In this document: positions 36,101-49,698 of the stretch, piece by piece
How the letters are laid out: the number at the start of each line of letters is the position of its first letter
Numbering within the stretch: the stretch's first letter is position 1
NCBI GenBank assembly: GCA_046563655.1
Contig: CM102289.1
Span: 7,316,001 to 7,380,000, forward strand
Length of the DNA: 64,000 nt
Source of the DNA: Yuukianura sp. NJ FZ-2021
Taxonomy: Eukaryota
Direction: 5' to 3'
The notes under the pieces: generated by a model
What the model saw: only the letters and a program-made list of their open reading frames with translations
Database searches by the model: none
Told to the model about the DNA's origin: nothing
Made by a program: the position numbers and the translations under genes

Positions 36101-39100
36101 CGAGTTTTCACGGACGTGTCCTTCGTATCCATTTCTGTCAAAGCGTGGCGGGCTATTTAAAAAAAATGAAAGAAAAATCGTTATTTGCAAAAACCATTGT
36201 CTACTTTCAGAAAAAGTTGAAACTTGCTTGTCATTTTCATCCTCGACTTTCACAATGACTTGGTAAATTCCTTGACCTTGAATGACCCCGCGATTCTGCG
36301 CAATCACTGTCAGTACGTAACTGTAAAAAGAAGCCAAATTTAAGTTCGTTGTGCATGTGAAATTGTGCTAAGGCTGCTACTCACTCTGATTTTTCTTCGC
36401 GATCCAATTTTTTTAAAGTGTAGATGGTTCCATCATTTGAAATTGTAAATTTGTCCCGCACTTCGAAATTTGTTAACAAGAATTCCGTGCCTTTAAACTC
36501 GTTTCCGTTCCCGCCAAGTAACTTTTTCAAATTTGCCAAAATCGATCCTGCTTCATTTTCTTTAACGTTTAATTGAATTGGTTCTGTCGTTCCAGCAGCA
36601 GTAACGATTTGAACAGGATCTACTATGTGAATGCTCACATTGGTCGTAAGTGTGTGACGACTATCTGTAACATAAGCTTCGAAATCGTAGTGATGGCGCG
36701 AAAATTTTTGAAGTTCATCTACCACTGCAATTATCCCCGTCCTCTCTTCAATTGCAAACGGAACTAAATGAAATCAGAAAATCAGTTTCAAAATTTTAAA
36801 AATTTGGGATTGTTGACCTTACCTCCTTCGTAGTAAGAATGTAGAAGATCATACACTGTGTGTTTCGGTTCAAGGTCTTTGACCTTGACCTGACCCACAC
36901 TTGTTCCAATTCCTACTGTAGTTCCCACCCAAAATTCATATGGAGATCCAACAAATTCTGGAGCATGTCGATTACTGGCTTTGACAACATCTATTTGAAC
37001 AACAGCTAAAGAATGGCGCCGTTCACTTGGATTTGACGGTTGATCGTAAGCTTCAATCAGAAGTGTGTAGTGGGCTTTAGGTAGAGGGCGCTCCAGCAGA
37101 AAAATGTATCCGTGTTTAGAATCAAGTTCAAACGGAAGTTCTTCAGTTATACTTTTGTTTGATTTTTGAAATTCGTATAAAACTTTTCCATTTCCATTTG
37201 CCTCGACGTCAGCATCTTTTGCAGTGACCTTGTTTTAAAAAAGTGCAACAAAAGTTTAAAAAACGATGAAAACCGTCTAAAATTACTAGAGTAGGTTTAG
37301 ACAATTTTTTGAACCTGTCCAACGACTGATCCAACTTCGGCATCTACTGTAACTTCGAAATGGAACAGGTTTGAAGGTGTGAATGTTGGACTGTTGTCAT
37401 TGGCATCCAGTAGACCAATTGTAACTGTCGCTGGAGCGTTTTGTCTTTTCCCGCCATTTGCAACATTAGGTGTCATTTCGACTGTGGAAATTTTCAATTC
37501 GATTGAATCCAATTCCTCTCGGTCTAATTTTTTCTCATCCAGGACTGTCAGCCAACCAGTTTTGGCGTCAATTGTAAATGCATTCCTTGTGTCTTCCAGT
37601 TTGTACAAAAACGCTGCATTTTCATTCTTTAAAAAACGTTGAGAAATTTGAACCTTAAACGCAGTTTTTCAAAATCGCTTCCAAAAAAACCTTTGCGTAC
37701 CTTGTCTGCATCTTTAGCATAAATTTGTAGAACACTAAATCCATTAGGTAAATTTTCCATGATACTGATGTTGTACGCCATGTGCTCAAATTCCGGTAGG
37801 TTGTCGTTAAGATCCAGAATTTCAACCTGCAACAAGCATTTTCAAAACAAAAGTTAAAAAATTTCAAAAATCAAAATGAAATTCAAAATATAAAATAAAT
37901 GAAGAAATAATTCTTACAATAACTTTTGCTGTTCCAAATTTTGAGTACGAATTGATTTGTCTAGCACGGATTGTCAATTCAATTAAGTCGTCTTGAAGCA
38001 ACTCTCGATCCAATTGTGTCGTCAAATAAATTTTGCCAGTATTTGGATCCATTTCGAAAAATCCAAATTCATTTCCGCTCACAATGTCATAAATTACTGG
38101 TGAGTTGATAGAAACATCTTGATCGTAAGCATGAATCCTCACATCAAAATGTAGTTCTTGTCTAATACTCTTGTTCTAAAGAATAAATTTTAAAAAAATT
38201 CCAAATTTTCATGTTTCAAATTTTCCGAATTCAGAAAAATTGAAAGTTGACAAACCGTTATGGGGTAAAATTCTTCAACTGCTGTGGTGTACATTGGCTC
38301 CTCAAAAGTGACAGGGAGATCGTCATTGTCTTTGACAGTAATGAACACCGTTGCATTGGCGCTTAGCGGTGGCGATCCACGATCCTTGCAACGGCAAATA
38401 TGTTATTAAAAAATTAATTATAAAGAAGAAACATAAATTATTGTCAAAAGCGTGAAAACTAAGATTTATCATTTTTGAGCCCACTCATTTCCTCTGCTGC
38501 AATTGTTTTCGCAACAGGAAACTTTTGCGCAAGAGATTCAAAAATTTGCGTGAAATTTTTTTTAAATTTTTTATTTACCATAGCTTCTATCACAATTCGA
38601 AATTCGCGATCTCCCGTATCGTAGTCCAGGGATGACCGAAGCACAATTCCAGCAACTTGGCCACTCTCTAATCCAAACTTTCCTTTTTCATTTCCAGCAA
38701 CTATGGAGTACTTAATTTCGGAATTTGGTGTATTCGGTTTATCATAATCAACAGCACTAATTCCCCGAAAAATTGTTATTCCTGTTGGTGTGAGTTCATC
38801 AACAACAAAAGCGTATGGAGTATTCACAAATTTCGGATGATGATTGTTCACATCTTCAATGAAAACGCTGATGCTCAAGAAGTTCGGAGCCTTGGGAGAA
38901 CAAATTTGAAAATTTTAAGTTTCAAATTTTGAAAACTTCAAAAAGTTCAGAGTTTCTTACCATGTCAGTGTCTCCTGGAAAACATGACAGGCGAAACTTG
39001 AGTATATTCTTGTCATTACTGACAGCTTGTTCTAAACTTTGAACAAGTTGGATGTCCACCATTCCGTCCTGTCTGTGGACCAACCCAAAGTATTTGGCAT

Positions 39101-42100
39101 CATCTCCCTAAAACAATACAGTTTTCATCATGATCGAAAAGCCAAGTGAATGAATGAATTTGGCCTTGTTTACCAATCCGCTTTTGTATTCGGTAACAAA
39201 AGGGAAGCTTAAGCCTTTATTATTAAAACTTCATCTTCCTAGTTCTACCTTCTGTGCTTTAAGTAACGGATTATTACTTGACAGGAGACACGGAATTTAG
39301 GACAGGCAAAAAGCTTCAAGCCGGGTAGCATACTCATAAGAACGCGTGATGGCACAAGGCTACGTAAACCACACTTTTTTTTAAAGTGCTCCATTTTTTT
39401 ATAAATGCAAATGTTGGGAACTTTGAGAACAGTTCTGAAGTAATTTCAGAGTTCAAAAAAAGTTTGCAAAAAAATTTTTAAGAAAAACTCAAATTTGTGT
39501 TTTTGTTGCTATAAATTACGACGCAATGTGCAACTATAGCACAAGTATACATGAAATTATAGAGAAGACACATGCTAACGCTTTGGATTTTGCAAAAGTG
39601 ATTTGAAAATTTCAAATTTTGAAATGTACCAAAAAATACAACTTACTTTGTCAACTGACTCCAACGTGAGGTTCCTTTTGTTTTGAATCTTGAGGGTAAG
39701 GAGACGTTCACCCACCGGAAAATTTTCAGGAATTCGAACAAACCGTAAATACTCGCCAAGTGGAAAAAATTCACAGCCTACGGACAAAATATAAACAAAG
39801 AAACACATTTTGAATTATGACAACTCACAAAAACGTAACTCAATTTTTTGTGCTATATTAGTGACATAATTCTTCAGTCTAACAGTATTTACCTTCATAT
39901 TGTAACAAATCTCTGTACTTAAATTGCAAATTTCGAAATGAAATATTTCAAAGTTTTACAAACAATCAGCCTCTTTAACACTTTTAATTTCTTTCAAACA
40001 AAAAATTTGACAGGTGATTGTTTTTTGTATCATCAAAGCCAAAATCACCCAAATCATTAAAACGCAAAGCCACTTTCATAATTTCAAAAACTTTTCTTTC
40101 GTTTTAACACTTAAATTTTTTGGATTAGTTATCTTATCATAAGCTTGAACCAAATCGAAAATTCTTTTTAGAAATTATAGTTTTGCAAAAAGCTTTCTTT
40201 CTCTCTTTCTTTTTGGTTTAATGTTTTTGTTGTTTCTCACGACTTGTCAACATCACGGAGTTAAAGCTTTTCCGACGTCAAATTCTGTAATTTGAGCCCA
40301 GTCGTGTGAACTTAACTAAAAATTAAACTTTTATGGCTAACTTTTCTTTTTACATTTTAAGCACACGACATTATAAACAAGAGAAACTTTTTCAAAAAAC
40401 GAAAACGGGAACTAAATTTTAACATAAGTAAATGTAAAATATTAACAACACTTTAATAGTTTTCAGAAGCTGGTATAGCTTACATAAAATCTCAAAAATA
40501 AGGAAATCCAAATACAAGGCATGAATTTTTTGTTGTGATTCTGTCTTTGAAAAGTGCAAAAGCGTGTCGAATTTCGCTTTCATTCTCATTTTATCTCCAA
40601 AAAAGCATGCGCATATGCAATTTCCAGCACCATGGAGCGAAAACCAAAATTCCTTGGCCTCAAAACTTATCAAGAGCCACCAAAATTCAAAATTCCACTA
40701 TAACGGAAGTTTTCGTTCCGTATTGCACTTGTTATTCAAGCGAAGAAAATAATTTTGGTTAAGGTGTTCTTTCACGGAAGGCTAAACAAATCCATCTCCG
40801 AGATGACTTATAGTAGAAACGCATACGGATTCTAACCACCACAAAATTTTTACAGGCACATTGAACTTATGTAACCACTGCGCAGGCTCTCACTTCAAAA
40901 ATTTGAAAATTTGTCATGACCTACCATTTCGTCATGATTTCTAAACAGAGACGCCGCAAACATAAATTTCTCATTCCAAAAAAGTAAAAGATGGAGAAGA
41001 TCCAACCAATTCTTTGCAACTCGTAACGTATTCTTCTATTTTCATTATTGCAACCACGTCTCAACTTGCGCATGCGCAGATCTTTATCCGATTCAAAATC
41101 TATACATCAACAACTTATTGTCAGGAATGTTAAGTACTACTAATGCTGTAACTTTCATGCAATACATAATATACTTTGCATGTATGTACTATGTATTTTG
41201 CATTCGTGTAAAAAGTATGCCTATTTCGAAAGGAAACTCAAAATATTTCAAATTCCTTGAAAAAAACAAAAGAATTATTTCGTTTTTCAAAATCCACATT
41301 TTTTTAATATTTGTATTGTCTTGAATTGAACAATGGAAATTGCTCCTAATGGATACGTTAGGCTGTCCTTCACGGATAAAAACGGAAAGATCAACTGATC
41401 TTTTGTATTAATCTTTGTCACATTGAAATTTTTACAAAAACTGAAATTTTTCGGAAACGTTAGGATTACTACAAGGCTGATACGGAGGAGATACGCTCTG
41501 CAGGTCACTTGCAAAATGTCTATTACATAGGGCATCATCTCAAAAGTAAATGAAGATGTAGTGAAAGGCATGTAATTGTTGCCAATATCGTTCCAAATTA
41601 TAATTTTTCAATTTGTCTTGTGCCCATTGTCTCCACAATTTGTTCTGCAATTACTTGAAAGACAGGAACTCCGATGATCATCATCGTCATGTCCTTTGAC
41701 TTGACACAAATCGTTGTGTAACATTTAAATTCACCTTTTCCCGCCCGCCATTTTTTCAATTGTTTGAGATGACACAATACGTTGAGTGCGTCTAATTAAC
41801 AATTTGAAAACAAAAGTTGGAAGAAAGAGAAAGTCTTTGACTCCGGATGAAATTGAATTTGGTATAACAAACCTCCATGTACAAAGCAATCCATCAAATC
41901 AAATTAGCTTAATTTGCATATTTGAATTTCAAAAAACTGTTCAAAAATTAAAACAAATACAACTTCCTTTGATCTTCAAAATGTAATAATTCAAATTCCT
42001 TTGAACCCCGTGATGCAATTTTCAAATCGATATTTCATTTGCTCCAAATCGCCTCAGGCCTGGAGTTTCAAAATTCTTGCTTCTAAATTTTCAATGATTG

Positions 42101-43520
42101 GATCAAGTTATGTAGATTTGGTATTGTGAAGTTTAAAAATAATTTTATAATTTCAAAAATTTGAATTTAAGTTGGATTAAAAATGAAGAGGTTAAAATTT
42201 TGACCACCTCAAGATGTTCAAAGTGCATTTGAAGTAAAGTTAATCAGAGCGAGTAAAAGGAAAGGGAATCTTTCCATTTTTGCTAGTGGCTGAGTAAACA
42301 GCAGCCAAAATTGAAGAGTGAAGCAGAGCAGAATGACAGTTTCGGCTAACGAAAAAAGTAACTTTTGTGACGTGGATTTAATTTGAACAGCGTGAATCTG
42401 CTGGTAGTAAAAATCAAGGAACTAAGGACAGTCTAAGTGACTTTGGATTATAATTAACATTGAGAGAGTAATTGGACGCACGAAGTACCCACTAACTTTT
42501 ACTTTCTTCTTCACTTAACTAAAGTGGAACACTTTAAACATTTGAGTCTTCGTGAAGTAAAAATTCACAAAACTCTAAAATTGAAATCGATAGACTTGAG
42601 ATAAAGGAAGAAAGATTTCACGTCTTTTTTGTTTTCAGTGAACGCAAAATATGTCAGGATGAGCATTTTTTAGCAAAACAGCACCAAAGTACAGTTAACA
42701 ATAACACTTAAGCTGTAAATTTTTATCGGATTTAGAATTCTACTTAACATACTTAAAGTTTATCCGAATCTACTTAAAAGCTTATTACATTCTGTCTCGA
42801 AAATGAAAAATTTAGGAAATCTTTTTTTTCCTTCTGTCCCTCAAAAAGTATACTAGGTCAAGAGCATTTCAAATTCAGTGTCAAGGATCTAAAATGAAAA
42901 ACTGGGCATTTAGCACATCCTCCGGAGTAAGAATTATCAAATATATAATAAGAATAATAAATATAAGAATTATACAGTCCAAATTATTTGTGTTAAATTA
43001 TACTTATTTATACTTAAACCTTGATTTAGAGAATTTTAAAGTGTTACATAAAAAACAGGAATTCGTCAGTTTTCCTAAATCTAAGTTTTGTTTTCTAGTT
43101 GATCTTTTGCAATTTTCTAAGTTTCAATGAAACTTTTTGAAAAGAGTTCTTACTTTAATTTCTGGTTTTGATTTGAATAGTTTTGGTTTCGATGCTAAAT
43201 TTTACTTTGAATACATTGCGACGAGCACATGCAATGCATGAAGTTCGATCAAACGGAGCATTAAGTTGGCTTAAATATAATTTTAATCAGTTATTTGGAA
43301 CCTGGCGGTAATGAGGCTTAAATTGAAGTTTAATGCAATTAGTTTGTTACATACCATTGCAGAAGTGGAAATGACTGTTCCAAGTGGTGATCCAAATGAA
43401 AATGAGGATCCAGAAAGACTTTCCGGTCCTTTTGATACGACTTTCCATTTTCCTAGTTCCAAATTCCCATTGTGCTGGAACATCCAATTTTGACTTGTAG
43501 TAGTCACATCCTCTGTTCAT
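33173..43520 (-). CDS. Cad89D: Cadherin-89D-like non-classical cadherin (~11-12 cadherin repeats, TM, cytoplasmic tail); multi-exon
   Basis: The signal exon (43520 or 43448 to 43355; FWILIFIWITTW) splices in phase 1 to GCEFFPLGEYLRFVRIPEN. VDELTPTGITIFRGISAVDYDKPNTPNSEI matches Cad89D as I recall it. Repeated LDRE and DxNDNxP motifs, TM VAVLTLSAVIFLGGLVAAIAVACV, stop TAG at 33173. Confidence 0.85.
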
Positions 43521-46500
43521 ACAGGAAGCCTACTTTTAGTTAATTATAAACTGTACGTTTTTCTGTTGATTCCAAACTCATCACTGTAATTTCCTCATTG
43601 AACCACACAGGAAACTTAAAACAAAATCGGAAAAAAATTGTTGTTTTTAGCCCAAATTTAACTTTGCAAAACTTTTTTTAGTGGAAATTGTAATTGTACT
43701 GGTGACTTCCACTGCTGAAGAGAGAATGAAGATGATGTTCTGCTCAAGCACACAAGAGATAGAGATTCACGGATTCACTTTGGCTTCTGTCTTATGATGC
43801 AATGCAACCACCCAAAAGAAGATCTTAATCCATTGTTCCTAATGCTAAGATGAAGAACCACGATTTTGCTAAAAACTTTATTTGGCCATGTGTAACGCTT
43901 CTCTAAATGTGTAACTTACTGACTTACTTAACCTCAACTGTTGAAAATATAGAGTAATCGGTGTCCAAACGTAATATAGTGTTGCGAATTTCAAAATCAA
44001 CTCAACAACAAAGTGAAAAAAAAACAAGCAAATTGTTTAACTAGCTTAACTAGTACAAAAGCTTTGCATAGCCATTCTATTTGTAAGCTTGCTTAAACAA
44101 AAGCTTAAGTTATTTATCTTACTTTGTTTTTAGTTTTTTGTTTAAATTTATTGTGTTATGCCGCTCAAGCGTCATGATGAGTAGATTTCAGCGGCGTGTA
44201 GAATTTCACTGAAAAAGAGAAAGCGTCAGTTTCAGAAAAAGAATTCGGGATAAGAATACAGCACGGTGAAAGTGCTTGGCGGAGTTTAGTTTCAAAGTAT
44301 CCTTGAGCTTGACAGCATAGTCACTGGAGCCTCCGAAACTTATTCTTGGTACAACAACTTCAGGACAGTAACTTTTAAGTTCAAAATTTTTTGGAAAACT
44401 TTTAGTACAATAACTCAAAACGCGATTGATCTTGAAATCTAAACAAAATTGCTAAGAATTACGTAAAAGTCTAGGAGTTGATTCTAAAAAAATTAGAAAG
44501 TTCTTCAAAGGGTAAGTGAAAATACGCTTTACTTTTACTTTACTTTCACCTCGTCTTATTACACATTCACTGACGAACAAAAAACGTTTCAGAGTAAATG
44601 GTTTTAAACAACTCAAAACGAGAAGGAATTCGATTTTAGAACAACTTTTGTACGTTTTGGCGAAATTTCAGAGCTCAATTCTTGAAACCCCGCAGTTTCT
44701 AAGTAAAATTGGTTACTCTACCGCGCATAAGAATCTTATGATTCTGTACTTGACCTTTGTAATATTGATTTTAGAGTTAAGGTTAGTGTATTGTTAAAGT
44801 TCAAAATCCAATTTCACCAGTAAGTTTCCAAGAGTCAATATATCACAGTTTGAAGGATAACTTCCACTTTCTCCTGTAAATTGAAATTTCAAACTTCCAA
44901 CTTTCCAAATGTCAACACTCAAACTTATTTCTGCAAGTTTTACTCAAACCATCATGATATCCAGCTAGTTTCAATCTAAGATTTTGGAGAAACTCTCAAC
45001 TGAAACTTTAATCACTCTTGATATTGATGGATATTCGTCAAGTTCTTTTCACTGTTTGCTTTCTCCTGATATACTTTCTCCAGTTTTGATTTTTTTTAAA
45101 CTTCAAAGTCTTTGGTTTTTCAATCCTGGACATTATAAACTGACATTTAGAAAAATTAAATCCAGCTCTTTCCCAAATTGTTTTTTTCCAAATCCTTGTT
45201 TTTAATAAAATTTCTGTCTGATTACAAATTCATTCCTGTCTTTCTGACTCTCGGAAACTTATGAACCAAAATCCTGCAGTCCCGAAGACTCAATTTACAA
45301 GATTAATACTCAAATGTTTGTGGTTTTGTGCTTGTTTCGGGAAAACAAATCTACATCTCATTTTCTATTCTAAAGTTCCACTTTTGTAGTAAAATAGAAG
45401 CGGTTGGGCTTTGGCTCCAAAATTTAAATTCATTCGGAACTAGATTTAGACGGGAAGGAGGGAGAAATTTTGATTTAATTTGTTAATCAAGCACTTTAAA
45501 CTCAATTCTCTCCTCCCTACAACTATCTTGTTTTGGTTACAAAATGTTCATTGGAAGTTTTAAAGAAGCTGCAACATTCATAATTTCCAAAAAAGTGCAA
45601 ATTTTGATCAAACCGGCGTAATTTCCAGGCTTGAGTGTGACTAAAAACTGTTTGATTATTTTGTTGTGTTTGTGAAAGTGGGCTCAGGGGAGAAGCACAC
45701 TTTGAAAGTGGGTCTTGGCAATTAATTTCCAACTGAAATTACTGATGGTTATCCTCAACACTAGTGTTGTTCTGGAAGTGACGCAGGTCAGACGGTTTAG
45801 ACTTTTCGGCATTAGGGAAATCCACTTCATCGATTTTCGCACAGAAACAGGTAAATTTCGACGCTTTGTTTTTCCCAAAACGTAAAACTGTCTGGCTTAA
45901 CGCAAATCTTTTCAAACGTAATTGATTTTGTTATTGACTTTTTCCAAACGATTTGGTTAAGTAAAGGCCCCAATTCAAATAAGTCAAAATGTCAACTTCA
46001 AATTACGCCTAGCCATAAAAAGGTACAAAATTGGATTCGATTCAACTTCATTTGAATTCATTTGAGCAAAAACTTAATACAAGCAAAAATTGTTTGCAGT
46101 TGTGGAAATCAACTTTTTGAATACGTAACGTTTTTTTTTTAAATCATTCTCAAAAAAGTTTAAAAAGCCCTTTTCGATTTCAGGCTAATTTCACCCCAAA
46201 AAAATTTTTCATGAACTAATTTAAGCTAAATCGCAATTCAAAAATAGGCAAAATTGATTTTCGTATATTACCAAACTTTTTCCCCCGTTTTTCTTGAAAT
46301 TTTGTTTTTGACACCTTGTCGTTGGATTGACAAGTCTGAAATGGCTTGTCAACATCCATCTAAATTTTCGACTTACTTTTTCAAAAAAACATCCGTTAGA
46401 AATAGAAGCTTCCATTTTCCTAGAATGTCACAACCTTTATTGACCCACTATTCCAAAAAAAGTAAAAAAAATGAATAGACCTTCTCTTTTTCTCACAGTT

Positions 46501-49500
46501 TTTTTTTGAATGGTGATGCTTGCAATTGTAAATGGGCCAAAATTGGGTGTAAGTCTCAACAAAACTAAGGCTGGACTGAGATTTTCGTTTGGCTGAGCTT
46601 ACATAGAGTCCTTAGATTTGAGAAGGAAGTGAAAGTGGAGGTACTTGAGGTCGATTAAGGGCCTAGGCGAAAGGAAAGGCTTTTCTCCACTTCATACCTG
46701 AAGTGGCTCTGAAGAGATTTACGAACTGTATTATGTGTCATTGACTGTCGTCACACGCTTTCCCGTTAGTACCACTACTCTAACGTCCCTGTTATTCTAC
46801 ACTGTAGAAAAGCGATGGCAGCGTCCAAAGATAAGGCTCGTGGAGACAGAAGTAGAATAATTCAGCTCAGGAATAGGCCTGGGACAAAGGCAATAAGGGC
46901 GTTGAAGCGCGCCAGTTTCAAATCCTTTCGAAAAACTCTGCTAGAAAGCTACCCTACTCTACCCTATAGCGTTAACTCCCAAAAAAAAACTTTCCCATTT
47001 CTTTCAGCTTTGAAATAAGACAAAAGTGTCCAGGGTAAGAAATGTTTTGAGCGGGAAACAAAGTGAAAGTTCAAAAAATTCTTTGTTCTTCAACAACATC
47101 GTGCATTCAAGTTGAACCGAAAAACATTAAGTTTTGAGAGCGACAAATGTTGCATAATTGAAGAGTCGGAGTGAACAGCAGCAGCAAGCACAAGTTGCGT
47201 TCATTTTTCTCTTGTTTCTTTTTTCGTGGAAAATTATCGTTGTGCCATACTCCGGTTTTCTTGTTTTCCAAAATAGCACGACAGTGATGGATGGACAGCG
47301 AAAGCAAGGCGATTACTCACACAGTTTATAAATATGTACTTCAAATTTATGTAACTTAAGGTGAAGGAAATATACAAGAAAAAAAGTCGGAGAAACTACT
47401 TTCACTTTTTCAAAAAAGGAAGTTAAGAGCGAGTAGGGCTTAAAACTCAAAACGAAACGGAGAGAAAGGAGAAAGCACGTTCGCGTTTTGTAGTTCTCTG
47501 GGCAAGTGTTGGATATGGAGAGAAAGAGAGAGCCCTTAAGTGTCATTATTAAGGATTAGGCTTTGTGAATATAAGGTTCTTATCCATCCTATCCACCTGA
47601 GACTGGATTAAGTCCATGGAGCGCCTTTTTTGTACTTTTTGTATTATATAAAAAAAATAGAGCGCGCTTTTTGAAAAAAAAGAGAAAAGAAAGTGGAAAC
47701 ATAACTTGGATGTGGAAAAAAGAAGGAAGCGGGAGACAGAGAAAGTAAAGAGGAAGTGAAAGCAGGATATATTTGGGTAGATAAAAAATAATTTCAAGTT
47801 CTTTTCCGTTTTTTTGGGCGAGGGCATCATGTTTTTTTCTAACTTTCTCCTCATTGTGCCAACAAAAAAAAACAACAACGGGAAGATTTCTGCTGAAAGA
47901 AGAGGGAAAGTCGTCGAAATAAAAATAAATAAGAATTCTGAGATTCACGGATAAACTATAAGGGCGGAGGGGAGATCATGAAATATTGAAACGGAAGGGC
48001 GGGAAAGAATTGAATCTGAAGGAAATGAAAGAATACATCTACAAGGTCGTAAAGACTAAAACTTATTGGAAAACGTTTGGCTACAAGGTTACTAGTTAGG
48101 TTAAGAAAATGTTAGATTAACTAGGTTAGGCTCTAAGTTTTTTGGAGTTATTTCTAATGATCACAAGGCAACTACTTTAATCCTACTTAATTATTGACTA
48201 TGATCTGAAGGAATTGAAAGGTATTGGAAATTTTGGCGGGAGTAACTAAATAATTCATGCTCTAAAAGATGCTCTAATGTTGACTGCTGTTTCAATTTCT
48301 ATCATTGAATTGTCATCGCTTTTTTGCGGACGTTGGATTTCTGGTGAATAAGTTATAAGACGTTGTTGGCACTACTTTCTTTACCCAAAAAACTTTCAAT
48401 CGATCCGAATTTGGGGCCAATTTAAAACTACCGCCTTACGGTCAACCCCTTTTCTGAATTTTGAAAGTGGTCCAAAAGCCACACCGTGAAAAGTCATTAC
48501 GTTAAGTTGACATACAAAAGGTTATATCTAATTCCAATAGTTTCTGCATTTTTAGAGTTTTCGCTTTGGTGTAACTTTTTTTTTGGTAGGAAAAGAAACT
48601 GAGAACGCCCAAAGATTTTTATGGCTAAACAATTTGAATATTTTTCAGTTTCTAAAGATTTTCATAAATCACTTTTGAGTTTGAATGTTTAAGATGTTCA
48701 AAAAACAAAATTTGAAAATAGATTCTATCTAGTACTATAACAGGATGAATTAAAGAATCGATTTCCGTCGGTAACGATGATGTTGAATTTCCATCGTTTC
48801 TCTAAATCCGGTCATTAACCTCCCAATTCTCCCGGAGTCGTTTCCTTAATTTCCCTTCAGAGTCATCGAAGGGCGGGAAAATTCGAACTTAAATTGTAGT
48901 AGAAGGCAGGATGGAAAGATCATTTGGAATTGTGTAGATAATGTGATAGATTCAGGAAGAGAAGAATGGAAATGCTTTTTTTGGCGGTGAAAGTAGAGGT
49001 GAAAGGTCGCTGAAATGACTCGAGTCGTTCAAATAAAACAAACCGGACCTTAAGTGCGGATCGTAACGGCCTACCAGCAGGTAAGAAGCTCAAAGTTTTC
49101 TCAAACTTTTTTGTTCTGAAGAAAACCGAAAAAGTTTGAGTTACTCAAGAAAAGTGGGCATTTGGGAATTCGTTTTTTTCGGTTGGTGCTTTAGGTTTGT
49201 ACTTTTCAGCGTAGTGGTTCGGAAGTTGTGATGATGATTTTCAATGTCTAGCGGTTATGGGGGTTGAACATGGTGGTCAATTTGGATAGTTAGAAAATTA
49301 CATAAATTTGAAATAGACTATGCTAAACTAATGTTTTTTTGTGAAAATAAGTTATTCTAATGACTGAGATCAAGGAAAAAACTTTGCGGAGGTTCAGTTT
49401 TCAGTTTCTCAAGGGCGTCGTGAAGCTGACCATGCTCTTGGTTGCGTTGGTTCTCAAGTTTTGTTTGGCAAAGAACTTCAACGAGAGTTCTCAGTAGCCT

Positions 49501-49698
49501 CTGAGCTATGAGCCAGCTTGGTTCAAATCTTTCCTTCTTCCAAGACCTGCATTAGTAGTAATACGCAGCTACACATTTTCAGATTTTACGGTTTACGGTT
49601 TTACGTCTTTTTACCTATTGACTTACACTTGTTCACAGAATTTCGGGACTTGACGATACGGCACTGCTGAAATTTCGTCGTTTCCGATTATCTTCATC

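Noticed and set aside
43283..43507. 74-aa ORF as the cadherin first exon
   Set aside because: Wrong frame. The overlapping frame gives a signal-like peptide and the phase-1 junction needed for GCEFFP.
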